From Chrysomallon squamiferum (lineage: Eukaryota > Animalia > Mollusca), in contig CM022669.1 of assembly GCA_012295275.1 (NCBI GenBank), forward strand, positions 12,400,001-12,464,000: a stretch of DNA of 64,000 bases. Direction: 5' to 3'. Made by a program: the position numbers and the translations under genes. The notes beneath the pieces were generated by a model. That model had not been told where the DNA came from, did no database searches, and was given only the letters and a program-made list of their open reading frames with translations. Positions within the stretch are counted from its first letter, which is position 1; the number at the start of each line of letters is the position of its first letter. Positions 13,522 through 28,465 of the stretch are shown here, one piece after another.

Positions 13522-16482
13522 TTAATTGTCCTGAGATAAGTAAATTCAAGTTATAAAAAAAACCCTACCTCACAGCACGATATGATTGATTGTTATTGTT
13601 ATTGACGTTAGCAATGCATTTCAGTGTATCGTAATTCAACGGCAAAGTACAATATTAATTTTTCAACATAAATATTTATAAAAGAAACCCCCGAGGACTT
13701 AAGCAAACAGTTTATTATTATTATTATTTTTTTTTAACAGCCTACAGATAATTGGCCGTTTTTGTGGACATAAACAAAAAAATTTAACTTTATGGTGCCT
13801 CTTGTTTTGTGTGAATTGCAATGTTAATTAAATTTGAAGTGTGTGTCGACATTATGAAGAGCCGTCTCTCACTCGTGTCCGCAGACCCTTTTATATTAAT
13901 GTTGATACACAGGTTTAGCTTCGCAAATTGACATAAAATGCTAATAATTATATTTGATTATAGGCGACGAGAGAAGTCATGCTGATTTCATTGATACATG
14001 TGATCGGACACGTCTTTGAAATATGACATCGTTAAATGTCGCGAGTGGTAACGTTTCGGAATAACTAGCCGCGTTAGGGTGGTTTTAGTATTATTATACA
14101 GTGTTAATAATAATAACAAGTAATAATAAATATACGCTGTTTTTTTTTTTTTTTTGGTTGTTTAGCATTGGAAATAGGTTTTAATGATTATGACAGTTAT
14201 AATGAAGAATTATTGTTTGATTTTTGTTTGAATATTAAGCTAATATTAATGTAATATTAATAATAATGATGATGATGATGATAATAATAATGTTATTATT
14301 ATTATTATTATTAAAAATAGGCTTTAATGATGATCAAATACTACAACAAATATGATTCAATAAAATCAGTAATAGCTATGATAATAAAAAAGTACTAGTA
14401 AGAATATTAACTGTAGCAACAGTAACGACTAAACAACAACAACTGTAATAATGATAACAATAATTATGATGTCGGTAAAAAAATGTTGATAATAAACAGC
14501 AACAAAACTTACTCTAGTCAGTCATTACCAGTAAATCATTTGGAAATAGTATAAAACTATAAAATATAATTTCTCAGTTAAATTAAAGATACTGTTTACG
14601 TAACAAAAGTATCCCAGTATTAAACGAAATACATTTTTAAATTAAACTAGAACACTGTTAATACAATAATTATATAAAAGCCAGTTACGTTACAAACAAT
14701 AATAGTAAATAACAATAAAAATATTTTAAATAACTCCGTTTGAAACCAGCTTACATACTATTCTTCTCTGAATAAAACTGAAAATATTGTTATGTGAACA
14801 ATAATAAATAATAGAAATGTGTAACAACATAAATATCATATAAATCGACACTGAATGAAAGTTTTCATATACAATATATCTGTTGTAGTGTCAATATTGA
14901 TTCCAAATTATTGCATAAATAAGATTTTTGTTCGAATTTCAATAGCATCTATAATGTATTTTTTTTTTTATGTAACGGTAATTTTGACTGAAAATTATAT
15001 TATCAATAAGGTGTTTGCAGAAATTAAATATTTATTCAAATTTCAATAGTGTACATAATGTGTTTGTTGAAACTGAAATACTGATTCAAATGTTTAATAT
15101 AAATAAGATATTTGTGCAAACTGAAAAATATTGCTTATTATAATAAATGTTTTTAAATTATTATTATTTTTTTTTTTTTTACTGATTTACTGATTATAAA
15201 ACTAGTAGAATATGAAAGTATGCAATTAATACATTTTTTATTCAACAATATACATATTTTTATTATTTTCATTTTGGTATTCAAACAGCAGTGTTGATAA
15301 AGAATTATAAATCTAGATAATGAATTTCTTCAAAATAAAAACAATTAACATAGTTACCATTATTTGTATTAATAATGTAATTATTATTATTACTCGCTTA
15401 TTATTATTATTATTATTAGTAGTAGTAGTAGTAGTAGTAGTAGTAGAAGTAGCAGTAGTAGTAATAATATAATTACTGTTATTATTATTGTTCTACTTAT
15501 TATTATTGCTATTATTATTATTACTATTATTATTATTATCATCATTATTATCATCAACATCATCATGATTATTATTATCACATCATCATCATCATCATCA
15601 TAATTACAATACTGATAAATAATATATTTGTTCAAACAGCAGTATTTACTCGCAGAAAGATGGGTTTTTTAAAACTCTAATTGTAGAACGAAAGTATAAA
15701 TAATGTATTTATTCTAAACTATTGTTGAAACTACAATACTGATACAAAGTGGGAAGATAAATAAAACATTTTTATTTGTAACAATGGAAACAGTTGTTTA
15801 AATAGTGTATGTTTTCTAAATATAATATTAACATAAAATAATATTATTTCTATCTGTAATACTGATACCTAATGTTAGTTTAAAATTAATAAAATATAAG
15901 CTGCAAAACTTAGTGTTGATAAATGTTCTCCTCCGGTAGTGTATATAACTAGACATTTAAAAAAGTAAAATAGGAACATATAGACAATCCATTAAATAAA
16001 TATTTTACTATTATTATTATTATTTATATTTTATCGCTATTTCTTTTTTATATTATAATGAATATCAGATTCGAAATAATAGCATAAATCTCAAAATGAA
16101 ATTCATACTTATACGAATAAAAGATTTAATTCAGTTTAAATTATACATTTTTTATTTCATTTTATTTTATTATTATTTTTTTTTAAATACTGAATTAATT
16201 ATATTATAAAAGCTGTAAATTAAGATTGGTAGGAAAACAATTATACTGAAATCTTTATTTATAAGTCTGTTAATATATAACGATATTCTGTGTAAAAAAA
16301 TATCCAGAAATACCCATCATAATTTAATTGTATATTTGCATTTGAGTCTGTTCGACAGTCCATATGTTTCAAATGGAAGTGTGTTTTCGTAAATCTGTGT
16401 GCATGCCTTTTATGTATGTCTGTACGTACTTGTGTATGTGTGTGTGTATGTATTTACGTCTGTGTGTGTATATATCTATATC

Positions 16483-16537
<55 letters not shown>

Positions 16538-16690
16538 ATATATATATATAAACATACATACATAAATGTATGAGATATGTATGTGTGTGTATATGTATGC
16601 ATGTATGTATGTATTATGTATGTATGTATGTATGTATGTATGTAGGTAGGTAGGTAGGTAGGTAGGTAGGTATAATTATACAATTACATG

Positions 16691-17320
16691 AACGAAATCA
16701 AGACAAAATAAATAAAATAATATTCTTCATAGTACAAATATCTGACCAAAATGTACATCAAAGTTTTTGAAATGGCGTTTTCGTTACAGTATGAACATTT
16801 AGGGTTATACTGCCTTGTAAAAAGAGGATGTCTTTTTTCTTCTTCTTCTTCTTTTGGTTCGCCTACGACTATCTGCAAATACAATAATATAGAATTATAA
16901 CAACGAAACAAGAAGAAAAAAAAAAAATTAAATAATATTCTTTATAGTACAAATATTTTTATTAAATGGCGTTATTACAGTATGAACATCTACGATTATA
17001 CTGCCTTGCAAAAAGAGTGTTTTTTTGTTTGTTTGTTTTTTTCTTCATGTTGTTTCGGTTCACTTACTGTTAACTGCATATACAATAATATACAACTATA
17101 TCAACGAAAGAAAGAAAAAAATAAATTAAATAATATTCTTCGTAGTTCAAATATTTTTTTTTTTTATTTTTATTTTTTTTTTCAATGGCGTTGTCGTTAC
17201 ATACGGTAAGAACGTCTGGCGTTATACTGCTTTGTAAAAAAAAAAAGGGTATTTTTATTTTTTTTTTAATGTTTTTTTTTTTTTCTTCTTCTTCTTCTTC
17301 TTCTTCTTTTTGGTTCACTT
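16691..17320 (+). repeat. Three diverged tandem copies of a ~205-bp unit
   Basis: Units start at about 16691, 16902 and 17103. Each has AACGAAA..AAATAATATTCTT..TAGT.CAAATAT..AATGGCGTT..TTACAG/AT..TTATACTGC.TTG.AAAAA..GGTTC. Confidence 0.9.
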
Positions 17321-17901
17321 TCGGCTAAATGAGTAAAGTGAAAGGCTCCCGTTGTCAGCCTTTTTACAAGAAGCATCAGCGCACGTCTAATTCCTCGCCT
17401 CGCCAAGAAAAAAAATATCTCATTGTGCTGCTATGATTTGAAAATTTCCTCGTAAATATCAGTCAAATAGACTTTCCGTTCCAGCAGTTTTCAATTTTTT
17501 TTTTTTTTTTTTAACAACTCGATTTCAGTTTAATTGGGATTATTTACAAATATTAAACGATCTAGCTCCCCCCCCCGCCTCACACTGTCATTCAGCTGGT
17601 ATCTGTGTTTGTCCAGGCTTTGAAATGGTTGTAAAAGGGAAAAAGAAAAAGATTTTTAAAAGGTAGAGGAGAAAATAAAAGAAAGAAAAAAAAAAAAAAA
17701 AAAGGAAGCAAATAGAATAAGAATGAAAGCTGAAGTGTGCGTGTGTAAAAAAAAAAAAAAAATAATAATAATAATAAATAAATAAATAAATAATAAATAA
17801 AATTAAAAATTAAAAATAAATCAAAGGTTATAAATAAAAATTACAAAAGAAAGCAGAAGCTAAATGAAAATGGAAAGTTGTGTACGGAAAGAAAAGAAAT
17901 G

Positions 17902-17937
<36 letters not shown>

Positions 17938-18917
17938 GTAGTAGTAGTAATAGTAGTAGTAGTAATAATAATAATAAGACAAAGAAAAAGAAATAAATTA
18001 AAATTAAAAAACCCTTCGCGCACGACATCTGTTAGGTTTCTGTGAGTGAAATAGACATCTAACTGCAGTGAAATGAGAATACTTGTCGATTTCTGTTGTC
18101 GCAAATTACAAACACGTCAACTTACAAAACATCTCTGTTTTGTAAACAGTGAACTTGACGTTCTACAAGTACCCGTCTTTCAAACACTCGAGTACAGCTG
18201 TATTTTCTGACACTATTTTGTTAATAAAAGAATTTGAAAAGAGATCATAGTGGGATAGAGAAATACGGAAAGGTGCCCCGAATTTTATTTTATTTTTTTT
18301 GTTTTGATGGAGAAAGTTTGTTGGTTTTATCGCTGTGTAAAAATAAGATTTTACACTTTTTTTTGTACTGCTTTTATTTTATTTATTTTATTTATTTTCT
18401 TGAAAGTTTATTTTATTTTATTTTATTTTTATTTTTATTTTATATATATATACATACATATATATATATTATAGAGTGTTGAAAATTTGAAAATTTATTT
18501 ATTTATTTATTTAATTATTTATTTATTTGTTTGTTTATTTGCTTGTTTATCTTTCATTAATTATTTGGATTATTTATTTATCTTTATTGTTTATTGATTT
18601 AATTAAATTTGTATTTATTTACTTTTTATTTATTTATTTATTTTTTGAAATTGCATTATATTTATATTATCAGAATCGTAATTTTAAAAATAACGATGTT
18701 TTTTTTTTTTATAATTACTGTGTGAAAAATATTCTTCGAAGATGTTACAAAGCTCTTTTAGTATTTATTTTGAGCGGAATATATATAATTTCATTTTAGA
18801 CAACAAGACAGAAACAAACAAATAAAATGTAATGCAAATGAAAATAAAATACGAATAAAATTAAAAATTAATGAAATGAAAATGTTCATAAAGTAATAAA
18901 AAATGTTTATTATTAAC

Positions 18918-18951
<34 letters not shown>

Positions 18952-19022
18952 GATATATGTATATCTGGCTGTCTATCTATTTATCTGTCTGTTCTATGTG
19001 TCAGTCTGTCTATTTATCTCAG

Positions 19023-19065
<43 letters not shown>

Positions 19066-19736
19066 GCAATTGCTTTTGAAATAAAAACACTTTCGTTTAA
19101 AGCACTACTTACTTATTTATAACCTTTCTTGTTTGTTTATTTTTGCGTCAAACTGTTTCATGTTTCATTTCCATAATTTAAACGTTGATGACGAGTAATT
19201 TAACCACACATTTTTATTTGCTTAGTCGTTGTTTTTCAAGAGCTATACATATATTTTTATTTGCATTAATATTTCATACCTTAATCACAGGTAACGGAAT
19301 AACTATATCCCAGAGAGAGAAAAAAAAAACCCAGATAATGAAAAAAAATCTATTAAAATAATTCTAGATTTGCTGCAATCTTTTTACCTTTTAAAAAATG
19401 TATCCAGTTCTGATTGCTGTGGCAAAATGTATTCGTCTCTGGTTGTCTAACGTAATATAGAAATTGTAAATTTTTTTTTTATTTTTTTTTTTTATTTTAG
19501 TTCAAATATCTCGGAAATTAACGCATGCATTATGCATAGTTATATTTCGTCGCTTGCAATCGATATGATGGAAGTTCTCACTCTCTCTCTCTCTATGTGT
19601 GTGTGTGTGTGTAGGTTTTGTATAGTGATAATGAGATATAACAGCGATGTATATTACTGTTGTGTTATTACATTGTTGGGCTGGGTTTTCAAATAATAGG
19701 TCTGTGGCTTTCCATATGAAATAATGTTAATACCGG

Positions 19737-19825
<89 letters not shown>

Positions 19826-20162
19826 ACACACATACACATACAAATACAAACGAATTATTTACATAAATTGATTCTGGGATAGTTAAATGTGATGATTTGA
19901 TTTTTATCCCTTTCTGTCTAGTTGTGTAGTTATGCACGTTCATCCATTTGTCGATAATCTCATTTATTTTGTCTGTAATCTGTATATCAGAAATAATTCA
20001 TAGAAAAAAAAATTTAACATAAAAATAATTTTATTAGAATAAGTTATTGTTGGGATATTCAGTTATGCATTATTTGTTTATTTATTTATATATTTATTTT
20101 ATTTATTTACTTATTTTTATTTATTTATTTATTTACTTATTTTTATTTATTTATTTTTATTT

Positions 20163-20193
<31 letters not shown>

Positions 20194-20464
20194 TTTTTTT
20201 TATTTTTTTTATTTTTTTGTTTATGTACATTTTTTATTCATTGTAGTTTTATTATTAATATCCTTTAAGTTTATTTATTTCATTTAACTATTCAATTTCA
20301 CACAGCTGTTTAATTTTAAATTATAAATTTTATCTACATATACTGGTTAAAAAAATAGCGAAAAAAAAATTGTTTTAACTGACAAATGTTATTCAAGAGA
20401 AATAATATAAACATATTTCAGGATTTCAGATTTTTGTTATACCTTTTTAATAATAATAATAATA

Positions 20465-20519
<55 letters not shown>

Positions 20520-21372
20520 GTAATAAAAATTTAAATAAATAAATAAAAAAATATATAAAAATAATGATAGATTATTTTCTATAAGCATTTCCATATGTTT
20601 ATTTCTTATACTAGTCATTATATTCGTGTATACTTAATTAATATTCTTTTGAAATATAAATGTGTATTGTATATAAGTATGTATCTAAAATATGTATGTT
20701 TATGTGTCTGTCTGTCTGACTCGTCTATAAACTTACGTACTTTGGAACTTTCCCCAGTATCAACTAAAAGAAGTAGAAGAAGAAGAAAAGACAAGTTTAA
20801 ATAAAAATATAAATTCAGTTTAAAACTAAAATAACAATTAAATGCATTTATATATTTGAAACAAACAACAACAGCAATAGAAGTAACAGAACGTCATCTT
20901 CAACAACATCAACATTAGCAGAAGATCATCAGCAGCAACAGCAGCAGAAGAAAAGTAACAACGACATCAAAAGCGCAAAGAGATGGGTTTGTGGTATGTC
21001 ACAGAATACATTTTACAAAGCCTGTTACTGCGTATTAGAAAGTTTATATTCATCTTTAACAAAATTAATTATACCAACATTAATTTTTTTAACAATACAT
21101 TAGAATATAAATTCTCCTGATTTGTCTTTTCATGATGCGATAGCGAAATTATATCTAAATTATTACCAAATTTTGTCGGTAATTAACTGTCACATCAATG
21201 AATGTTACAACAATCCGAGATACCTTTACCTTGAAAATATTTTTTTAAAACGTTCATTTTAATTATTTTTAGACATATTTAGCATTGATCTTTGACGCCG
21301 ATTCGAAACGTCGGCTGAAATCGCCACCATTTTGGTTTTCCAGGAAGGGAGGTAAGTGAGACGTCATAATCA

Positions 21373-21386
21373 GCGCCCTCTGACAG
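21373..21386 (-). promoter_or_regulatory. CTCF-like binding motif (reverse)
   Basis: The minus strand reads CTGTCAGAGGGCGC(TG). The 3' ten bases match the consensus and there are three mismatches at the 5' end. It lies in a complex island (21270-21660). Confidence 0.4.
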
Positions 21387-21734
21387 GTGTCGTGTAACAA
21401 ATTGCCTTTTGGGAAGGCGGTTATTAGCCCCACTTCGCCGCTTGATCGGACGTTCAATCTGACAGCGCTGACAAAGGAAATGAGAAAATCAATTGAAAGG
21501 TGGCCGTGTTCATTTAGTGGGACGGAGGTGACCGTATCCATAACCAGTCGAGTGGGGAAGTTTATTTCGGTGTCTTTTAACAGCACTCTCTCCTGTCACA
21601 CACAATTACTCACAGGCTTGTATGGAACGACGACGGACGTTCTTCAGAAGGAGATTAAACAAAACTAAAATAATAAAAATGACGCTAAATTCCTGATAAT
21701 TTATTATATATATTTTTTAATTATCGTAGAAGTG

Positions 21735-21960
21735 CTTGGTAGATAGATATGAGAGCTCGGATGAGGCACGGACGGCTCGAGGATCGATACGCTTCGGTGG
21801 ACGGTTTAGGTTGCTAAACCTCGAGAAAAGATTTATGTTGTGTTTTTTTTTTTTTTTTTTCTTGCCTGGCAGAGCGTGTTGGTGAGAGATCCCTTGCTTG
21901 TAATCGCTAGGCTTAGTAAATATAAAGGCGAAGTAGTGTTGTCTCTACAACGTCACAGTA
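21735..21960 (+). mobile_element. Degenerate tRNA-derived SINE-like element
   Basis: GAGAGCTCGGATGAGGCACGGACGGCTCGAGGATCGATACGCTTCGGTGGAC has a tRNA-head layout with a B-box-like GGATCGATACG (21781-21791). The downstream GATCCCTTGCTTGTAATCG resembles the core of molluscan SINEs as I recall them. No database search was done. Confidence 0.5.
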
Positions 21961-22069
21961 AGAAGATTAATAAGAAATAACAGCTGAGTAAACATATAAA
22001 TTAGGTATCACTTTCTGTCAGCTTTGTTAGAAATAATAATAATAAGGATGATGATGATGATGATAATAA

Positions 22070-22126
<57 letters not shown>

Positions 22127-22326
22127 TAATAATAATGATCATAATGATAATAAATTATGACGATGATGATAACATAGATAATAATGAAGGTGGCGATAAC
22201 AGATGATGATGATGATAACGACGGTGATAATACCAATAATAAATGATGATGATGTTGAAAGATTGCAGCAATGATAAATGATGACGATGATGATGATAAT
22301 AATAATAATAATAATGAGAGCTAGAG

Positions 22327-22410
<84 letters not shown>

Positions 22411-22941
22411 AAAACAAATAAATAATTTGAAGAAGAAAGAAAAAAAAAACGACCAGAATGACTAACATAACTCAAACTTCAAAAGACATTCAAGCATATC
22501 AATAAAAGATTATATTTTATTTCGCTGAGGACTGTTACATCTACCAGCTGTTTTAATGCTGAAGACAAACCGCGGAGACGTTAAATCAGTTGAAAACTAC
22601 GTAAATAAAAATGTGAAAAAACAACTTAATTCTTATCTCTTACTCAGGAGCGAGTAATGGCAAATCATTACTTCGTTATCGCAACTTACGTAAGTCGGGG
22701 ACGCATTATGAAATACAATGGCTGAATATCTGCTTTAATCATTGTAAATATTTTTTTATTCTAATTCAGCGAGACCACACATCAAACACACGCGAACACG
22801 CACACACATATAGACAAACACACACAAACACATATATACACGTACGTACTTATACAACACAAATACACATAAATTCATTCATACATACATACATACTTAC
22901 ATACATACATACATACATACAAACCCTACATACATACTTAC

Positions 22942-22972
<31 letters not shown>

Positions 22973-23021
22973 CATACATACATTCATACATTCATACATA
23001 CATACAAACATACATACGTTC

Positions 23022-23055
<34 letters not shown>

Positions 23056-23392
23056 ACAACATTCATATAATTATACACACACGCATATATCCACATACAT
23101 ATAAACTAATACAAACACATGCACATATACAAATATACATACAAACTGTATATACACACATGCACGTATATACACACACGCACATAAATATCAATAATAT
23201 TAATTTGACAAGACATTTACTCCTATTATTGGGTGCCATTGTACGTGCGGCCACATGTTATCACCATAAAACACGGACATTCAGAAAGCAATGCAGAGAG
23301 AGAAAGATTCGGGGGAAAAAGCAAAAAAATAAATAAAAAATAAATGAAAAAAATAAATAACTAAAAATAAAAAGAGGAAAAAAACACGAACA

Positions 23393-23393
<1 letters not shown>

Positions 23394-23447
<54 letters not shown>

Positions 23448-23524
23448 GTAATAGTAATAATAATAATGATGATAATAATAATAATAATAATCATAATAAT
23501 CATAAGAAGAAGAAACAGAAGAGA

Positions 23525-23592
<68 letters not shown>

Positions 23593-23606
23593 TTATAATA
23601 ATAATA

Positions 23607-23637
<31 letters not shown>

Positions 23638-23692
23638 TTATAATAATAATAATAATAATAATAAGAAGAAGAAGAAGAAGAAGAAGAAGAGA

Positions 23693-23739
<47 letters not shown>

Positions 23740-23770
23740 CAACAATAACAATAACAACAATAATAATATA
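23394..23770. repeat. Long (AAT)n field with (AAG)n interruptions
   Basis: Directly visible; source of the poly-I/poly-Y ORFs at 23261-24040. Confidence 0.95.
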
Positions 23771-25321
23771 GCAAGAAGAAAAAGAAGAAGAAAAAATCAT
23801 CATGATGATGAAGATGAAAAATAACAGCAACATGATAACTGTGACGAGAAAGAAAGAAGAATGAAGTAAATAATGAATAAATAAAAAAATAAAAAATAAA
23901 TAAAATGTTTGCACGACTTCGGTATTCCAGCGACCCGTGGTAAGTGAGGTGAGGTGTTTGTTAATATTTAGCGTACAAAATAAATTATTGACATAAATAT
24001 CGATATTGTAATTAAGCCGTAGTGGATGTGATTTACACAATGTTCTGTTAATAATACATCAGCCTCTAAAATCTGTTTTTCTTTTTTTTTTTTTTTTTTT
24101 TTTTGTAAATTATAAATTATTTTTTTTTTTATTTTGTTTTTTTTTTTAATTAATATACAACAAAAATCATCATTTTAATACGATTAAAAAAAAAAAAAAA
24201 ATTGAATTTATTTATTTATTTATTTATTATTCATTATTTATAAATAATTTAATATTTTCGTAACAGTTATTTTTAACAGTAATGTAACAATAATAGAACT
24301 GTCATCAGTAGCAGTAGAATAGTTGTAGTAACATTAGTAACATTAGTAGTAGAAGTAGTAGTAGTAGTAGTGGTAGTTGTTGTAGTAGTAATAGTAATAG
24401 TGGTAGTGATAGTAGTTGTAGTAGTAATAGTAGTAGTGGTAGTGGTAGTAGTAGAATGGTAGTATTAGTAGTAATTAAAAAATGAGAAAAAGAAAGATAA
24501 AAAAAGAGAAGGAAAAATAAAACACCAATCGCAAAAATTAAAATAAAATAAATAAATAAATAAATAAATAAATAAAAACGTTTATTAAGCCATTTAATGC
24601 AACCAATAATTTAAATAAAACAATAAAACGTAACATTTCAAAACAAATAAATACATAAGAGGAATACGAAACAGAAGAAAAAAAAAAAAAAAAAAAAAAT
24701 CTATCAAACTTTTATTATTTACCCTTAAACTCTATATCGAGTATTTTCCTCTGAGTGTGTTTATTATGCTTTCACTTTTTTTAAAAACATAATTAAGTGT
24801 TTCCTTTCATCCGGACTACTCGAAATGACCACACAGACTGTGTATAACAGAGCCATAAAAAAACTACTACTACACATATTGTGTATCGAATTCCTATGTA
24901 AATCTATTGATAACCCTATAAGAGTCTTTTCGTTGATAAAGTCGTTTCAGTTGGGAATTATCCACGCTACTTTGTTCGGCCAGTGTAATTTAATGTGCAT
25001 ACATAAACAATTTGTAAAGATTTGTCATATTGTTACCTTTTAATGCCCCAGGCTCGACTGGCTACCCACCCGGCTTTCAGCAGTTAACTTTTCATAGAAA
25101 CCAGTGTTGTTCGGCCCTTATGACTTTCTAATGCTTTTGCATCAATACGGATTTGCTTACAGCCTTTTGTCCGGCGGGAAGCAATTCCCGACAATGTTGG
25201 TGATTGTGACGAACACAAACCGATATTTATTCGAGACTAATTCCATTCCGTTACACTTGAATGAACATCTTGGAATCGGGTGAGGTCACTGCATGCATTT
25301 ATTTGACTTTTCGTTACCTCC

Positions 25322-25390
<69 letters not shown>

Positions 25391-25509
25391 AGAAGAGTTC
25401 TTTCAAAGGGCAACAAGTTTATTTCGAATACCTGGATTGTTTGCTATGTTAATGTGTTGGTCTCATACAATAGACGACGTAGCTTGCAATAGATCTGCTG
25501 TATGGATGG

Positions 25510-25548
<39 letters not shown>

Positions 25549-26640
25549 AAAGTAGCCAAACTTTTACGAAGCTTTTCTGATTTTAAAAAGTAATTTTTCG
25601 ATATTCGAAATTTTCAGGATTTCAATTTTTTACATCACAAATTTATTACAACCAAAATTTAAAAAAAAACAATGGTAAAAATTAAAAAAGAAATAAAAAA
25701 GTCAAAGAACGAAAGAAAACAAAGGAATAAAATAAGAAAGTAAAAAACAAACGAACAAACAAACCAAAAAAATTAAAAATAAAAACCTCAAAACACTTTC
25801 ACAAACAATTTTATTTGTAACTGTATACACTTTTATATAAATCATTCGTACTTACACCCATACATACAGTTAGAAATATCTAATAATATAATTATAAATT
25901 AATTCTCTCTGTCACTTTCTTTTTAATAAACAGAGAAACAAACACAAAGACACACTCATATTTACAGATAAATGCATATTCTCTCTCTCTCTCTCTCTCT
26001 GACTGTCTCACAAACATACACGGATTATATGTGTACACATTTGTCTTGAATAATCTCACTAATTATTGCCAATAGTTACGCGTCTTGGAAATCAATCTTG
26101 TATTCATTGTTCCTTAACGTCTGTACTAATCTTGTTTGCAGTGTATGAGATGTCCGTGCTCCGCATGCTCAAGTGAGGTTTAGTCTGTGTCACTATTCAT
26201 CGATCTCAGATCACCTGGGACAGGTAAAAACTGTCATTTCTTTAGAAGGAAACTGACACAAATATTTATTACGCCACGTTTACGAGAGCGAGAATCATAC
26301 ATTATTAAACATGTGGGCTATATTTACATTGCCTGAGTTAAAATCCGCCTTGTCAGTAAATATAGAATAAAAATTATGTATAAATATTATTTTTAAACCC
26401 AGTGTGTGTCAAACAGCCAAAGCTGTTTTTTCAGATTTGTTATTATAATTATTTCTAAAATGAGCACAGATATATGTTTATGATTCTGTAGGATAGTGAA
26501 TTCATCCAACCACCGTCCATCCATAAATCCATCCTTCCTTTCGTCAGTTTGTTTGTCTGTCTGTCTGTCCGTCCATCCGCCTGTTTGAAAGTTTATCTAT
26601 CTATCTATAAGCCAGTCTATCTATCTATCTATCTATTTAA

Positions 26641-26679
<39 letters not shown>

Positions 26680-26698
26680 GACTCTCTCTCTCTCTGTA

Positions 26699-26793
<95 letters not shown>

Positions 26794-26923
26794 TTCACAC
26801 TCACATATACATACATAATCATACATTCACACATATTAACAAACACCCACGAAAATATACACGGATTAACAGATAGATGACAGAAACATGCTGTATTGTT
26901 ATTCTTATTAATGTTGTTGTTGC

Positions 26924-26974
<51 letters not shown>

Positions 26975-27779
26975 CATCGTTGTTATTGCTTTTCTTACTG
27001 TGACTGTTGCCGCTGTTGTCATTGTTATCAAACATAATACATTTACGATGTTTGTTTATTACATGCAAATTGCATTTTGAAATTCATCACTATTTAATGT
27101 CATCAAAGAACCAACAAACCTTTCTAATTCTAATTTCTCGCCACTGCTTCTCTGCTATAGAATACTGTTTCCAGTTTCTGTATTTTATTTATTTTTTTAA
27201 TTTCTAATTATTTTTTCATTGACGATTCTTGAAAAGTATCAGCATGTACCGCAATTCACAGTAATCCCCCGGTTCATGAAGTATTAACAGATCTATATAT
27301 AACGACTGTTTAATTATCCATAATGCTTGTATAGTTAGTTTTGTCTCTAACGCACGGGCTTTCTTTTTACACTGAATGGTGGAAACGGGCTGTATTATGC
27401 ATCAACCTTAACGCCTCATGAAACTACTACTGTATGCGGAGTGTGCTTTGGGTAATAATAGTGTATTTAAATTAGCATGCGCCCTGAGAAAAATAACCAC
27501 GGATATATAATAATACTGGGAGTTGAAAATACAATGCATTCAGTTTTAAAAAAAAAAAGGAAATGTCACAAATGAAACAGAATAGATCTTATGTAAAACG
27601 ATTGCGAAATAGAGATTTGGAAAAAAAAAAAAAAAAAAAAAAAGAAAATAAAGAAGTAAAAAATAAAATGACAGTTAGAATCCAAAAAGAAAAGAAAAGA
27701 AAAGAAAAGAAAAACCTTAATGACCTGACTTTCTGTATAATTTATTCAGCGCCCCGGGTCTTGAGTACTAAAAACCAAA

Positions 27780-28130
27780 ACATGTAATTTACAACCGTAA
27801 AAACACGAACTGCGCATGGAACGGCAGTTAAAACGACTGTGTGTGTCCACGTGCGTTTATGACGAACTTCGACTCAGTGCATACCCTCACAGCACCCGGC
27901 CCGCCCCCGTGACACACCTGGTCAATTACCTAACACTTTTACCTGTGGTCTTAAAGCAATTTAAAGGCAATTAGGCGACTGAGATTTTAGCACATCCGTG
28001 ATTCTTTTTACGTCGAGCGATTCAAGGGGCGTGGACGGATCAGGTAAAAAAAAAAAAAGAGTAGGTAGGTAAAAAAAAGTGTTTGACTGTTCCCAATTAA
28101 GGCAGGTGTTTCGGATGACACTCATTGTGT
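27780..28130. promoter_or_regulatory. Promoter- or enhancer-like CpG island
   Basis: GC box CCCGCCCCC (27900-27908), E-boxes CACGTG (27848-27853) and CACCTG/CAGGTG, an NRF1-like TGCGCATG (27811-27818), and homeodomain CAATTA cores. No ORF. Confidence 0.4.
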
Positions 28131-28382
28131 GAAATATTATAATGATTATTTTATTGGCCTGTTTAATGGGATGGTTTTTATTATTTTTACATATGTCTTA
28201 CACTCCCAAAGTTAGCCTATTATGAAATAGAAATTCCCCTCCTTTTTTTTTTTCTTTTCTTTTTTTGGTTGACGATGTTAAATTGAAAACATGGAGAGTT
28301 GGGTTAATTCGTTGACACTTATACGAGTTTCATTGTCAAGCAGTTAATTTTAGAAAGTCGTAAAAATCGGGGAGTGACAAGG

Positions 28383-28441
<59 letters not shown>

Positions 28442-28465
28442 ATGAATAAATAAATAAATTACTTA

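Noticed and set aside
23261-24040. 259-aa poly-Ile ORF that looks like a membrane protein
   Set aside because: Translation of the (AAT)n microsatellite.
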